NCBI GenBank assembly: GCA_965248265.1
Contig: CBDFJF010000002.1
Location: forward strand, 1,280,001-1,344,000
From: Candidatus Latescibacterota bacterium
Lineage (GTDB): Bacteria > Latescibacterota > UBA2968 > UBA8231
Direction: 5' to 3'
DNA: 64,000 bases
Each line of letters starts with the position of its first letter. The stretch's first letter is position 1. A program made the position numbers and the translations under genes. Positions 37,127 through 46,091 of this stretch are shown one piece after another. The notes under the pieces were generated by a model. The model was not told the origin of the DNA. It saw only the letters and a list, made by a program, of their open reading frames with translations, and did not search any database.

Positions 37127-40100
37127 TCAGGTTTTGGCCTCGGCTTGCTTCCCCGCCAGAAGTTCCTCGCCCTGCACCCGGTAGCCGGCCTTGATCTCGG
37201 GATCCACGGTGCGCCAGATGAGGAACTGCTTGCGGATGACATTGATGAAGCGCTGGTTGACCCTGCGCCACGACGAGTCCTCGCCGCTGAGGCGACGGAT
37301 CTGGAGTGTTATGACGTAAATGTTGTGCTCCGCTTCCGGCACGGCCCGGAAGACTACGTGCTGGCTGACGCCCAGATCGAAAGGCGCCAACCCAATCGTC
37401 ATCGCGATGCTGTATCCCTCACCGTGCTCGGTCTCCACCTTGTCCAAACTGGCCCCTTCGGTGTAGAACGTACCGACCGACTCCTCGCTGTAGGAGTCGA
37501 AGTAGCCTATCAGGAACACCGACAATCCGAGCACCTCGTGGCCGCTCACGGTGAAGGGGAACTCGAAGTTCCATTGGTCGCCCTCGGACGGCGGCAACCG
37601 CCACTTGCGGGTGACGTCGGGCACCGCCATCTGCGAGGCCTTGTGAGCGGGGTACACCGTGGACAACATTACCACCGCCATCACCAGCATGCTGGAGAAC
37701 ACGGCAGACAGCGACGAATAGTTCAGAGTGAATCCGGCCAACAGATCGAACACCATCAGGAGCTTGGCCACGGTTTGGCCCGTCAGGTACCCCGCCACCA
37801 CGCCGAGCACGGAGTAGACGCATGACTCGGCCATGAACAGCCAGGAGATGTGGCCGGGTGCGAGTCCCACCGACGAATAGATGCCGATCTCGCGGAAGCG
37901 TTCGTACACGCTGCCCATCATTGTGTTGAGCACGATGAGCGCGGCGATGAGGATGGGGATGAACAGGTTGGCCAGGCCCGAGAACCCCGTCACCCCCAGC
38001 GAGCTGTAGACCGACACCCCGACGCGATCGTCACCCTCTTCTTTGATGCCGGCGAATAGGGTCACCGCCAGGCGTGAAAGCAGTTCCTCGATGTGCGCCC
38101 GTTCGTCCACCCCCTCGTCAAAGCGCACGGCCACGGACTGCAGCGGATTGCCGCTGCCGACGTTGCGCAGCAGGTGGTATGGCATGACGAGGACGTTGGC
38201 TGGTGCCAAATGCACGAACGGATCAACGGTGGCCTTGGTTTCCGTGAGGCCGTCTCTGGCGCGCTTCTCCTCCTCCGCCATTTCGAGCACGGTCAGGCCG
38301 CTGGTGCCGGCGAAATCCGCCGGTGTGATCATTTCGTCGTCCAGGTCTTTGAGGTCCTCCAAGAGCTTGGAGTTGAGTACGCCGATCACCGTGAACATCT
38401 CGCCGAAAACGCGGATACGCTCCTTGCCCGCCTTCACTCGGTCCAGGTCGATGTTCAGCTTGTCTGCTGCGATCATCTGGTCGGGCAGGATGCAGACGTC
38501 CCCGTCGCCGGCCTCGAACCACCGTCCTGCGATCAGCGCCCGGTCCAACCCGGTGACCTCAGTTTCTTGAGGCGTCAGGCCGAGTACGCCAAGAGCGTAA
38601 TGCGAATTCTCGCCGTGCTTCATTTTGATGTGTGACCTGGCCTTGTCGCCGTACCAGCTGCGCGGGGCGACGGTGCCGATGTCGCGGAAGGTGTTGTTGG
38701 CATACTCCAGGACCGACTCCTCCTGCGGGCTCCACGCCTTGCTGCGTATCAGCATGCCCTGATAGAGGCCCTCGTTGCCGCGGTGAAACTGGTAGAACGA
38801 CAGCGAGGTCTGGAAGGAGGTGAACGAGAGCACGGTGAAGGTCAGCAGCATCAGGGTGGCGAACGTCAATGCCGTGCGCAGCTTGCGCCGCTTCATGTTG
38901 GAGATGCCCAGCTGGAAGGCCGCCAGCGAGGCGCCGGAACGTTTTACATCCGTATGGTGGATAACAGCGACCTCGGTCCGCAGCTGTCTCATGCTCTCGT
39001 TGAAGCGACCGCTCACGATCACCATGACCAACACCGCCATCGTCCCCATGATAAAGGCCAACAGGATGCCGAAGGGATTGGAGATCTCGAACGCCGGGTG
39101 GACCATGGAGAGGATGACCCATATGGCCAAGAAGACGCCCACGAAGCCGAAGATCTGGTTCTTGATCGTGGCCGCCGTGATCAGCAAGCGCTCGGCGAAA
39201 AACGCGCACGGAATGAGCAGCGCCAGGAAGAAGACGATGCCTTGAATCACGTCATTCTGGGTGGCCTTGACGTCCGGATAGGCGCGTGATTCCAGGCCGA
39301 TGGCCGCGCGTGCGCGACGCACAGACTCGCTCCAGCGACGCTCCTTTATCGCCTCTTCGGCGGCCTCCAACTGCTCGCGCGTTCGCGTGTGCAGGGTGCT
39401 GAGACGGCGGTTCTCGATGCCGTAACGGCTGAGCTCACGCATCCGCGCCTCGTTCAGCGTCCACATGTCGCGCGCCGCCAGGTAGGTGGTGTGGCCGAAC
39501 GAGCTGCCCGGGGTAATCTTGTACCCCTGACCGAGCGCCAGCTCGGGGTCGTCAGAGACCGCTGAGTTGAGGAGCAGATAGCGGAAGCCAAGGAGCCCTG
39601 CGCCCAACCCCAGCTTGATGCGCGTCCCGTCGGAGGCGAACAGCACGCCCAGCGGCTCGTTATCGGCTGACGGCCCCTCTCCGATCGTGTAGCCGTATTC
39701 CGAGGGCGCGGTATTGGTCTCGGCAAGCACGTTGAACTCGGACAGCTTGTTCAGGTACCGCGGATCGACCAGATCGTACAGGTTGTAGGCGCGGCATGGG
39801 AACAAGACCACCTGCCAGCTTTTGTCGCGCCAATCCATCGTGATCTTCATGGGGTAGGCGCCCCCCTTCTGGCCGCGGTCCGGGGCATAGTTAATGGATC
39901 CCGTCGCGGGATCCATGTCGTAAGCCTCGATCCCAACGTTGTTGACGCGTATGCGGTTGAAATACATGGCGCCGTCGCCGTCGACGATCTCGTAGTACTC
40001 GCCGCGCACGCCCTTGTACGACTTCTTCTGGCCGTTGCGAACAATCCCCACCGCCCCCTTTCTGGGCAGGTCGGGCACGATGTCGCGTTGCGGGAAGCCC

Positions 40101-41914
40101 ATGGCCCGTACCGTCAGCGACGACAGCGTATCCCGCAGCCGCATTTTGAAATCCGGGAACAGGCGCGGATCCTCTAAGGCGATGTGGAAGATACCGGCCA
40201 GGGCACGAACCTGCCTTGCCAGATTGTCGACGTGGACCTCGTCGAGGCGGTCGAACGGGGTGTCGACGACGAAGCGGGCATCGTTGACGGTGACCAGGGC
40301 CAGTGCCGGGGTGCCCGTGGTCAGCACGACCTCGCTGTTGACGGAGATCTCGCCTGGAACGAAGGAGTCCCAACTCATCCCCCCGGGGGGGCTGATGCCG
40401 TTGATGAGCACATCTTCGTGGTTGTACCCGAGGGCGCTGCTCACTTCGCGCGCGTAGCCCATGAACCTCTTGCCGAACGGCGCGAAATAGCGCTGGAAGT
40501 AGAACTGCGAGTTGCTGTTCCACAGACCCATCTCGTCTGTCTGAGTCGACAGGTCTAGGCTGACGAACAGTTTGATCGAGAGTGAGTCGACCTTGGGGTC
40601 TACCCACTCCTTGAAGAGGGCGAGGCGCAGATCTTCGTTGCCCATCAGCTCTTGGGCCAGGTCTTCTTCACTGGCGAATCGGCGGTCGTCGTAGGCGAGT
40701 TGTCCGCCAGACCGCAAGACCAGACCCTCCTCGATCGAAGCCTGGGTGACCCGGCGGATCAGGGTCGAGTCCGTTTCGGCAGTGCGCACCAGCGCCTCCT
40801 TGCCGAGGAACTCCTCGTCACTGAGGTGATACCGGACGCCGTCCTGCTCGATCATATTTCGTGTCAGTGCTGCTTCGACGACCCTTCGGATCACCATGCG
40901 ATCGACGAACGGGTCCTCCCGGCGCAGGTAGCGCTGAATGAAATCGTCGACCCCACGCAGGCCAAGATGATGTGCCGAGGTAGCCAGGAAGACTACGGTG
41001 CGGGCAGGGGGATTGTTCCGGAAATAGTGCGCCAGCTCGATCAGCGCCGTGATGCCGGCTGCCTGCTCGGCGCCGGGTGCCAGCGCGGGCACGACGGACA
41101 TGGCGTCATAGTAGGATTCCAGGACGATGACATCGTCCCTGAGCACCGGGTCGGTACCGGGGATGGTCCCGAGGATGTTCCAGGCCGGACGCCGCTTCCA
41201 CTCCATGCGGTACTTCATCTGCACCCCGATCTCGCCCGCCGGGCTCGCGGCGATACGCTGCCGCAGGCGAATCCCGTCCTCTTTGGGAACCCACCAGCGC
41301 GACAGGTCCAGCGGCATCGTCAGGAACTTGCGCTCACCCTCCAGGCAGACTGTAGAATCCGGTTCGATAAAGACCACGCCGCTGGAGCCCAGGTAGCCGC
41401 TGTTGAGCCAGGCGTCGCCGGTGTTGTAGTCCATGAGCACCATCGCCCCCTCGACCTGCTTGCCGTCCAGGTGGGTGTAGGAGCCGTCTCCGGCGTCGAT
41501 CAGGCGTGTGGCGATTCCTCCCTCGGGCAAGGTGGAGGTCTTGACCAGGTTTGGCCACAGTCCGTGCAGCTGTGCCGTCTCGCCCGTCGAGGCGACCCGG
41601 ATGCTGCCCGCTGTCTTCTCCACCGGTATGGACACGTCGTATTCGTGAACCGTGATCCCGATCAGTCCGATTTCGCGGAAGGTATCCTCAATGTAGCGGG
41701 CAGCCGCATCGGCCCCGGGATACCCGACCACTCGAGATTCGTGCGCGGTGAAACGTGCCAGCGTCGCCGCCATGCGCTCCTCCGATATCTGGTCCTTAAC
41801 CGCGGCCAGGTCTACCTCGGCGCCAACCGTCGGTGCCACCAGCAGCAGGACAGCGCACACCCACGGCATCAGATCGCGGCGGGGCGTGTCCGAGATATCA
41901 GATCCAGAAAGCAT
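37127..41914 (-). CDS. Fusion of M28-like (degenerate) peptidase ectodomain with FtsX/MacB-like permease
   Basis: Signal peptide; SRVVGYPG, NILGTIPG, YYDAMS..PGAE, FLATSAHHLGLRG; multiple TM helices; NMKRRKLRTALT, LIVLNTMMGSVYERFREIGIYSSVGL, LSTVYPAHKAS. Confidence 0.85.
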   Translation of the reverse strand: MLSGSDISDTPRRDLMPWVCAVLLLVAPTVGAEVDLAAVKDQISEERMAATLARFTAHESRVVGYPGADAAARYIEDTFREIGLIGITVHEYDVSIPVEKTAGSIRVASTGETAQLHGLWPNLVKTSTLPEGGIATRLIDAGDGSYTHLDGKQVEGAMVLMDYNTGDAWLNSGYLGSSGVVFIEPDSTVCLEGERKFLTMPLDLSRWWVPKEDGIRLRQRIAASPAGEIGVQMKYRMEWKRRPAWNILGTIPGTDPVLRDDVIVLESYYDAMSVVPALAPGAEQAAGITALIELAHYFRNNPPARTVVFLATSAHHLGLRGVDDFIQRYLRREDPFVDRMVIRRVVEAALTRNMIEQDGVRYHLSDEEFLGKEALVRTAETDSTLIRRVTQASIEEGLVLRSGGQLAYDDRRFASEEDLAQELMGNEDLRLALFKEWVDPKVDSLSIKLFVSLDLSTQTDEMGLWNSNSQFYFQRYFAPFGKRFMGYAREVSSALGYNHEDVLINGISPPGGMSWDSFVPGEISVNSEVVLTTGTPALALVTVNDARFVVDTPFDRLDEVHVDNLARQVRALAGIFHIALEDPRLFPDFKMRLRDTLSSLTVRAMGFPQRDIVPDLPRKGAVGIVRNGQKKSYKGVRGEYYEIVDGDGAMYFNRIRVNNVGIEAYDMDPATGSINYAPDRGQKGGAYPMKITMDWRDKSWQVVLFPCRAYNLYDLVDPRYLNKLSEFNVLAETNTAPSEYGYTIGEGPSADNEPLGVLFASDGTRIKLGLGAGLLGFRYLLLNSAVSDDPELALGQGYKITPGSSFGHTTYLAARDMWTLNEARMRELSRYGIENRRLSTLHTRTREQLEAAEEAIKERRWSESVRRARAAIGLESRAYPDVKATQNDVIQGIVFFLALLIPCAFFAERLLITAATIKNQIFGFVGVFLAIWVILSMVHPAFEISNPFGILLAFIMGTMAVLVMVIVSGRFNESMRQLRTEVAVIHHTDVKRSGASLAAFQLGISNMKRRKLRTALTFATLMLLTFTVLSFTSFQTSLSFYQFHRGNEGLYQGMLIRSKAWSPQEESVLEYANNTFRDIGTVAPRSWYGDKARSHIKMKHGENSHYALGVLGLTPQETEVTGLDRALIAGRWFEAGDGDVCILPDQMIAADKLNIDLDRVKAGKERIRVFGEMFTVIGVLNSKLLEDLKDLDDEMITPADFAGTSGLTVLEMAEEEKRARDGLTETKATVDPFVHLAPANVLVMPYHLLRNVGSGNPLQSVAVRFDEGVDERAHIEELLSRLAVTLFAGIKEEGDDRVGVSVYSSLGVTGFSGLANLFIPILIAALIVLNTMMGSVYERFREIGIYSSVGLAPGHISWLFMAESCVYSVLGVVAGYLTGQTVAKLLMVFDLLAGFTLNYSSLSAVFSSMLVMAVVMLSTVYPAHKASQMAVPDVTRKWRLPPSEGDQWNFEFPFTVSGHEVLGLSVFLIGYFDSYSEESVGTFYTEGASLDKVETEHGEGYSIAMTIGLAPFDLGVSQHVVFRAVPEAEHNIYVITLQIRRLSGEDSSWRRVNQRFINVIRKQFLIWRTVDPEIKAGYRVQGEELLAGKQAEAKT

Positions 41915-42089
41915 GATTGTCCTGATTCATATCCGTGAGGCTATCGGTGATGAGACGAGGGAGGGGGAAGATGATCAATGACCGCATGTTCATCAACCCG
42001 GTCCCCCCTCACTGGAAAGCCAGCTGGTGTTGCAGCACCGCCGCCGGCTATCTGGCCGTTGGTTCCGTTTTCTCAGACCACCGGCCCCC

Positions 42090-42148
42090 TTTTTTTTTCG
42101 TTTTTTTGCTCTTTTTTTCTTGGTTCTGGAAGATCGACGATGTATAAT
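42090..42148 (+). promoter_or_regulatory. Sigma70-type promoter with phased T-tracts upstream
   Basis: TTGGTT (42120-42125), 17-bp spacer, TATAAT (42143-42148); T9, T7, T7 tracts at ~11-bp spacing upstream. Confidence 0.6.
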
Positions 42149-42199
42149 GTGTCCCAAACACCGTACCAGGTGCAGTAGGACGAGTGGATTGGTATATCA

Positions 42200-42613
42200 A
42201 TGGCGCGGCATCGACCGAAAGTGAGCTTCATCTCAGAAGAAACGGTCGACCTGACGCCCTTGATCGACTGCGTTTTCATGTTGTTGATCTTCTTCATGGT
42301 CACCACCGTCTTCATCCATGCACGAGGACTGGATGTGGACTTGCCCAGAGCCTCTCAGGCCACTGAGCAGCAGGAGAAGAAGGACATCAACATCATCATC
42401 GAGCGGGACGGTCGCATCGAGATCGGTGGTGAGGCGGTACTCGCTGGAGAGTTGCGCGCCCGCATTGAGCGCGCGATGGTGGAAAATCGAAACGACAACG
42501 TGATCATTCAGGGAGACCGGGGAGCTGCTCAGTCGCGGGTGGTCGAGGTCGTGGACGCAGCGAAGGGGGCTGGGGTAAAGGGAATCGCCTTTGCCAAGCT
42601 ACAAGGATCGTGA
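42200..42613 (+). CDS. exbD: Biopolymer transporter ExbD/TolR
   Basis: VDLTPLIDCVFMLLIFFMVTT, LDVDLP, VIIQGD, VVEVVDAAK. Confidence 0.93.
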   Translation: MARHRPKVSFISEETVDLTPLIDCVFMLLIFFMVTTVFIHARGLDVDLPRASQATEQQEKKDINIIIERDGRIEIGGEAVLAGELRARIERAMVENRNDNVIIQGDRGAAQSRVVEVVDAAKGAGVKGIAFAKLQGS

Positions 42614-42658
42614 CAGCCTCGGAACAAGAGAACGGTCGAGTGGTGCGATGAAGACTTA

Positions 42659-43072
42659 ATGGCACGGATACAGCGCAGGAGCCTTGTTGGGTCGGTGGAG
42701 ATGGAGTTGACGCCGTTGATCGACTGCGTGTTCCTGCTGTTGATCTTTTTCATGGTGACGACGGTTTTCAAGCAACCCTACCGGTTGAAGGTGTTGCTGC
42801 CCTTGGCGATAGAGGCCGTCATCATCGAGGAAAAGAAACTGGTGGCCACGATCGACCGGGGCGGGACCATGGAGGTGAACCGTTTCCCGGTGACGCCCGA
42901 AAGTTTGGAGGGCGTGTTGACTCGGGAGAAGGAGGGGGTGCGGGTGGTGACGTTGATCATTCGCACGGACAAGGATACGGGTCATGGACTGGTCCTTGAC
43001 ATGATGGAGACGGCGAAGCGGATCGGGATAGAGAAGATCGTGCTCGCTACTGAGAAGAAGGAGGCAGGATAG
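42659..43072 (+). CDS. exbD: Biopolymer transporter ExbD/TolR (second copy)
   Basis: MELTPLIDCVFLLLIFFMVTT, LKVLLP, LIIRTD, VLDMME. Confidence 0.93.
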   Translation: MARIQRRSLVGSVEMELTPLIDCVFLLLIFFMVTTVFKQPYRLKVLLPLAIEAVIIEEKKLVATIDRGGTMEVNRFPVTPESLEGVLTREKEGVRVVTLIIRTDKDTGHGLVLDMMETAKRIGIEKIVLATEKKEAG

Positions 43073-43095
43073 CTGAAAGCATCCTGCGAGGCAGG

Positions 43096-43216
43096 GAGGG
43101 CGTGTTGACGAGGAGGACACGCGTCACGGATTGGTCCTCGACATGATGGAAACGGCCGAGAAAATCTCGGCATCGAGAAGATCGGTCTGGCAACGGAGAA
43201 GAAAGCGGAGGCCTAG
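43096..43216 (+). pseudogene. Degenerate 3' fragment of a third exbD copy
   Basis: EGVLT / DTRHGLVLDMMETAEK / LGIEKIGLATEKKAEA* across shifting frames, matching the C-terminus of the preceding ExbD. Confidence 0.8.
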
Positions 43217-43248
43217 CTAGGGACGCCTGGTCCCCGGGGATTTTAAAA

Positions 43249-43782
43249 GTGCTTGGATTTCGAGGTGGTTTTTTACTACTTTGTGGCGGATTGGCCCTTC
43301 TCACTTGTTCCAAAGAGGAAGGCCCACAAAAAGACGAAGGCGCAAAACTCGCTGCCCTCAAGGCGGCGAAGGTACAAGGTCAGACCTATCTGGATGTTCA
43401 CTTCGTGCTCGGCAGCAGCTTGGAAGAATTGGTCGCGCGCTTCGGTGAACCCGACGCCTATCGCCCGCAGCTGGGGAACCAGCCGTATGGGAATATCAAA
43501 TGGAAGGATCTGAAAGGGGTGACGGTTTTCGGCATCGTCAAGGACAGTACATGCGCTTACGTGAACTACAAGTTCGACAAGCTGGACCCTTTCGACGAGA
43601 CGGAGGCGTTCAGGATTATTGGGGTCGAACGACCTGACGACGATCCGGCGGTATCGGTACTCAAAACCGGGGTCACGAAGTGGTATCCGTTCGAGCACTA
43701 CCATCACCTGACGGTCAGTCCGCAGCAAAAGAATGTCAGTATCAAAGGTTTTGAGTTTGCGATGGGGCCTGGAACGTCGTAG
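43249..43782 (+). CDS. Hypothetical lipoprotein
   Basis: Hydrophobic leader ending LALLTC followed by SKEEG; 177 aa. Confidence 0.6.
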   Translation: MLGFRGGFLLLCGGLALLTCSKEEGPQKDEGAKLAALKAAKVQGQTYLDVHFVLGSSLEELVARFGEPDAYRPQLGNQPYGNIKWKDLKGVTVFGIVKDSTCAYVNYKFDKLDPFDETEAFRIIGVERPDDDPAVSVLKTGVTKWYPFEHYHHLTVSPQQKNVSIKGFEFAMGPGTS

Positions 43783-43823
43783 GGCGTCCAGGCGGAACAC
43801 TATTATCCTAATTGCTAAGGCAG

Positions 43824-43857
43824 AATCAACCTGAAACAGCGGAAATCAACCCGAAAC
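43824..43857 (+). repeat. 14-bp direct repeat with 20-bp period in intergenic region
   Basis: AATCAACCTGAAAC (43824-43837) and AATCAACCCGAAAC (43844-43857). Confidence 0.6.
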
Positions 43858-43963
43858 GAGCAGAAAGGAGGAGACTCGACCGCGGTGCTGATTGTGTCTA
43901 ATTGTGTGGGATGAAGGAAGCGAGTTGTTGTCAGCGATAAAAGAACCCAAGGAGCATGAGAAG

Positions 43964-45955
43964 ATGAAAGTCAAATTGACATTAATGTCCGTGGCCATCC
44001 TCACCCTCTGTGCGTCTCTGACGTACGCGGGGACCGCTGGCTACGAGTTTGTGCGCAGCGAGGATCCGGTGATTCTCGGGATTGATGTGGGGAATGTGAG
44101 CTACAATTTTGACGGCAATGCCGAGGTTCCCTTTACGCTGTCGGGCACCCAAGCAACCGTCTATCTGGCGATTTACACCACCGACCAGGCCACTCCAGGT
44201 GGCTTCGGCGGCCCGGGTAGGCCTGAATGGAATGGCGGCCACGCCCTGCTTCGCGCGCCGGGGATCCCCAACATGGTGAAAGTGGTCGAGTGCGGCCAGT
44301 ATGATGTTGGAGATGGTAGCTGCTTGTGGGATGGCACGGATTGGGCCGGAGACGACGTCGAGCCGGGCGCCTACCGGCTCTATGTTCTGGGCTACGACAA
44401 CATCACCGATGCCAACTGGATTGCCGTTACGGGTGCCGGGTTCCGGAACCGCACCAGCACGGTGAAGGTCTTGCAGGGCCAAGGATATATGCACACCAGC
44501 CCCAACAAGATTGGCAAGGAAAATGAGGGGCCAAGAAACGAGTACACGTATGGCATGGGCGGTGCCTTCACGCTGTATCCGCTCCCACCGGGGAATTGGC
44601 TGGAAGTCGACGACCCATGGGATATGATGGCCCCATTTACAGTTGAATTGCCGGAATACGACTTAGGAGAGAACGACGACGGGAACCCAATAAGGGTCCT
44701 GGGTGGCTCGGCACATGGCGTGGCCATCGATCCTCAAGACTTCTCCAGGAACTGGATGTTCGGCTATAACGGTGTAGGCGCCATCGGCGTTACCGTAGAT
44801 TGGGATTCGCAGACATCCGAGCCCATGGAGGGCTTCGGGGAACCACCGGCTAGCTGGCAGGCGCAGATCGCTCTGGGCGACCATATCAATTTCTTCCACT
44901 CCATACAGTACTGGGATGGCTTCCTGTACATGGGCAACGGGTGGTTGAACGATCCCCCGGCCGCCGGTATCTACGAGCTGGATTCCAGCACGGGCGAAGT
45001 CACCGATGTCATCGACGTCAGTGAGTGGATGGTACGCGAGCAATACGGTCACGACCCGGAAGTTACCGAGTCAACTCTCGCCGCGAGCATGATCAACTGC
45101 ATAGGGATCGATGAGTCAGGGTTCGTCATGTCCGCTGGCGGTTGGGGTCCAAGTTCGCTCAATCAGGTTCCGCTCAAGGTCGACTGGAACGGCGATCTCG
45201 TCTACCAGAACCATACAGGGGACGGCTTCAATGACAACATATGGGCAGGCGAAGCCGCGGCACTGGGTGTTGAGTCTGTGACGGATGGTGAGTCTCATGC
45301 GGTTTCCATATCTCGTGGGGCTATCCCGGGATTCGCCTTCATGACTGAGGCCTCCAAGGGAGACATGGCCCGCCAGCCGGCCTACGGAGCGGTCTACGGC
45401 CCCGATGGCGCCGGGATCTTTCACGCCCAGGGCCCCAATATCCCGCTCACCAATCACGAGGCGACTGGTTCGGGGACGAACATGATCCACGAGCAATCTG
45501 ACTGGGACGGACTCTATATCCTGGTTGCCGAGAAGGCCGTGGGGGAAGAGGATGGTTTTGTTGAGCGGACGGGTGGCCATCAGGTCGCTCATTGGCCGTT
45601 CCGGATCTCGCAGGCTCTGATCGGCACCAACCTCGATGATACGGCGATCGCGGAGGTCCCTTCCGCCGTGACGCCCGAGCAGGTCGAACTGGGTGATGCG
45701 TATCCCAACCCGTTTAACCCAACGACGACGATCGAGTTCGCCGTTCCCACCAATGGCCTTGCGACAGTGACAGTACTGAACACGCAGGGCCAGGTGGTGA
45801 ACACGCTCGTCAACGAGTTTGTGTCAACCGGGACCTACCGTACCACCTGGGATGGCATGAACGCGAACGGTGAGCTGGCTGCCGGCGGTCTGTACTTCTA
45901 CCGCCTGCGGGTCGGTGGCCAAGAGGTGACCAAGAAGATGACGTTCCTCAAGTAA
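43964..45955 (+). CDS. Secreted protein with N-terminal FlgD-like domain and C-terminal FlgD/T9SS type A-like sorting domain
   Basis: Signal peptide MKVKLTLMSVAIL..YA; WDGTDWAGDDVEPGAYRL; C-terminal AYPNPFNPTTTIEF, WDGMNANG, GLYFYRL, KKMTFLK; start ATG 43964. Confidence 0.8.
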   Translation: MKVKLTLMSVAILTLCASLTYAGTAGYEFVRSEDPVILGIDVGNVSYNFDGNAEVPFTLSGTQATVYLAIYTTDQATPGGFGGPGRPEWNGGHALLRAPGIPNMVKVVECGQYDVGDGSCLWDGTDWAGDDVEPGAYRLYVLGYDNITDANWIAVTGAGFRNRTSTVKVLQGQGYMHTSPNKIGKENEGPRNEYTYGMGGAFTLYPLPPGNWLEVDDPWDMMAPFTVELPEYDLGENDDGNPIRVLGGSAHGVAIDPQDFSRNWMFGYNGVGAIGVTVDWDSQTSEPMEGFGEPPASWQAQIALGDHINFFHSIQYWDGFLYMGNGWLNDPPAAGIYELDSSTGEVTDVIDVSEWMVREQYGHDPEVTESTLAASMINCIGIDESGFVMSAGGWGPSSLNQVPLKVDWNGDLVYQNHTGDGFNDNIWAGEAAALGVESVTDGESHAVSISRGAIPGFAFMTEASKGDMARQPAYGAVYGPDGAGIFHAQGPNIPLTNHEATGSGTNMIHEQSDWDGLYILVAEKAVGEEDGFVERTGGHQVAHWPFRISQALIGTNLDDTAIAEVPSAVTPEQVELGDAYPNPFNPTTTIEFAVPTNGLATVTVLNTQGQVVNTLVNEFVSTGTYRTTWDGMNANGELAAGGLYFYRLRVGGQEVTKKMTFLK

Positions 45956-45993
45956 AGAGAGCGCCACCATCAACCGTCACTGATCGGTTCAAT

Positions 45994-46036
45994 GAGGTGG
46001 AGGGGGGCTTGTGTCCCTCCTCCACCTCTTGTTTTC
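45994..46036 (+). terminator. Rho-independent terminator
   Basis: GAGGTGGAGGGGGG / CCCTCCTCCACCTC stem (one G-T pair) followed by TTGTTTTC. Confidence 0.75.
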
Positions 46037-46091
46037 AACAGCGAATGTTTCACAAAAAGACGTCGGGAAGATGATTTTCGAGGCGGTCTGA

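Noticed and set aside
43220-43244. Hairpin GGGAC-GCCTG-GTCCC after the exbD remnant as a terminator
   Set aside because: Stem is only 5 bp and the T-tract is not adjacent
43824-43857. CRISPR array
   Set aside because: Only two 14-bp units with a 6-bp gap; no cas genes
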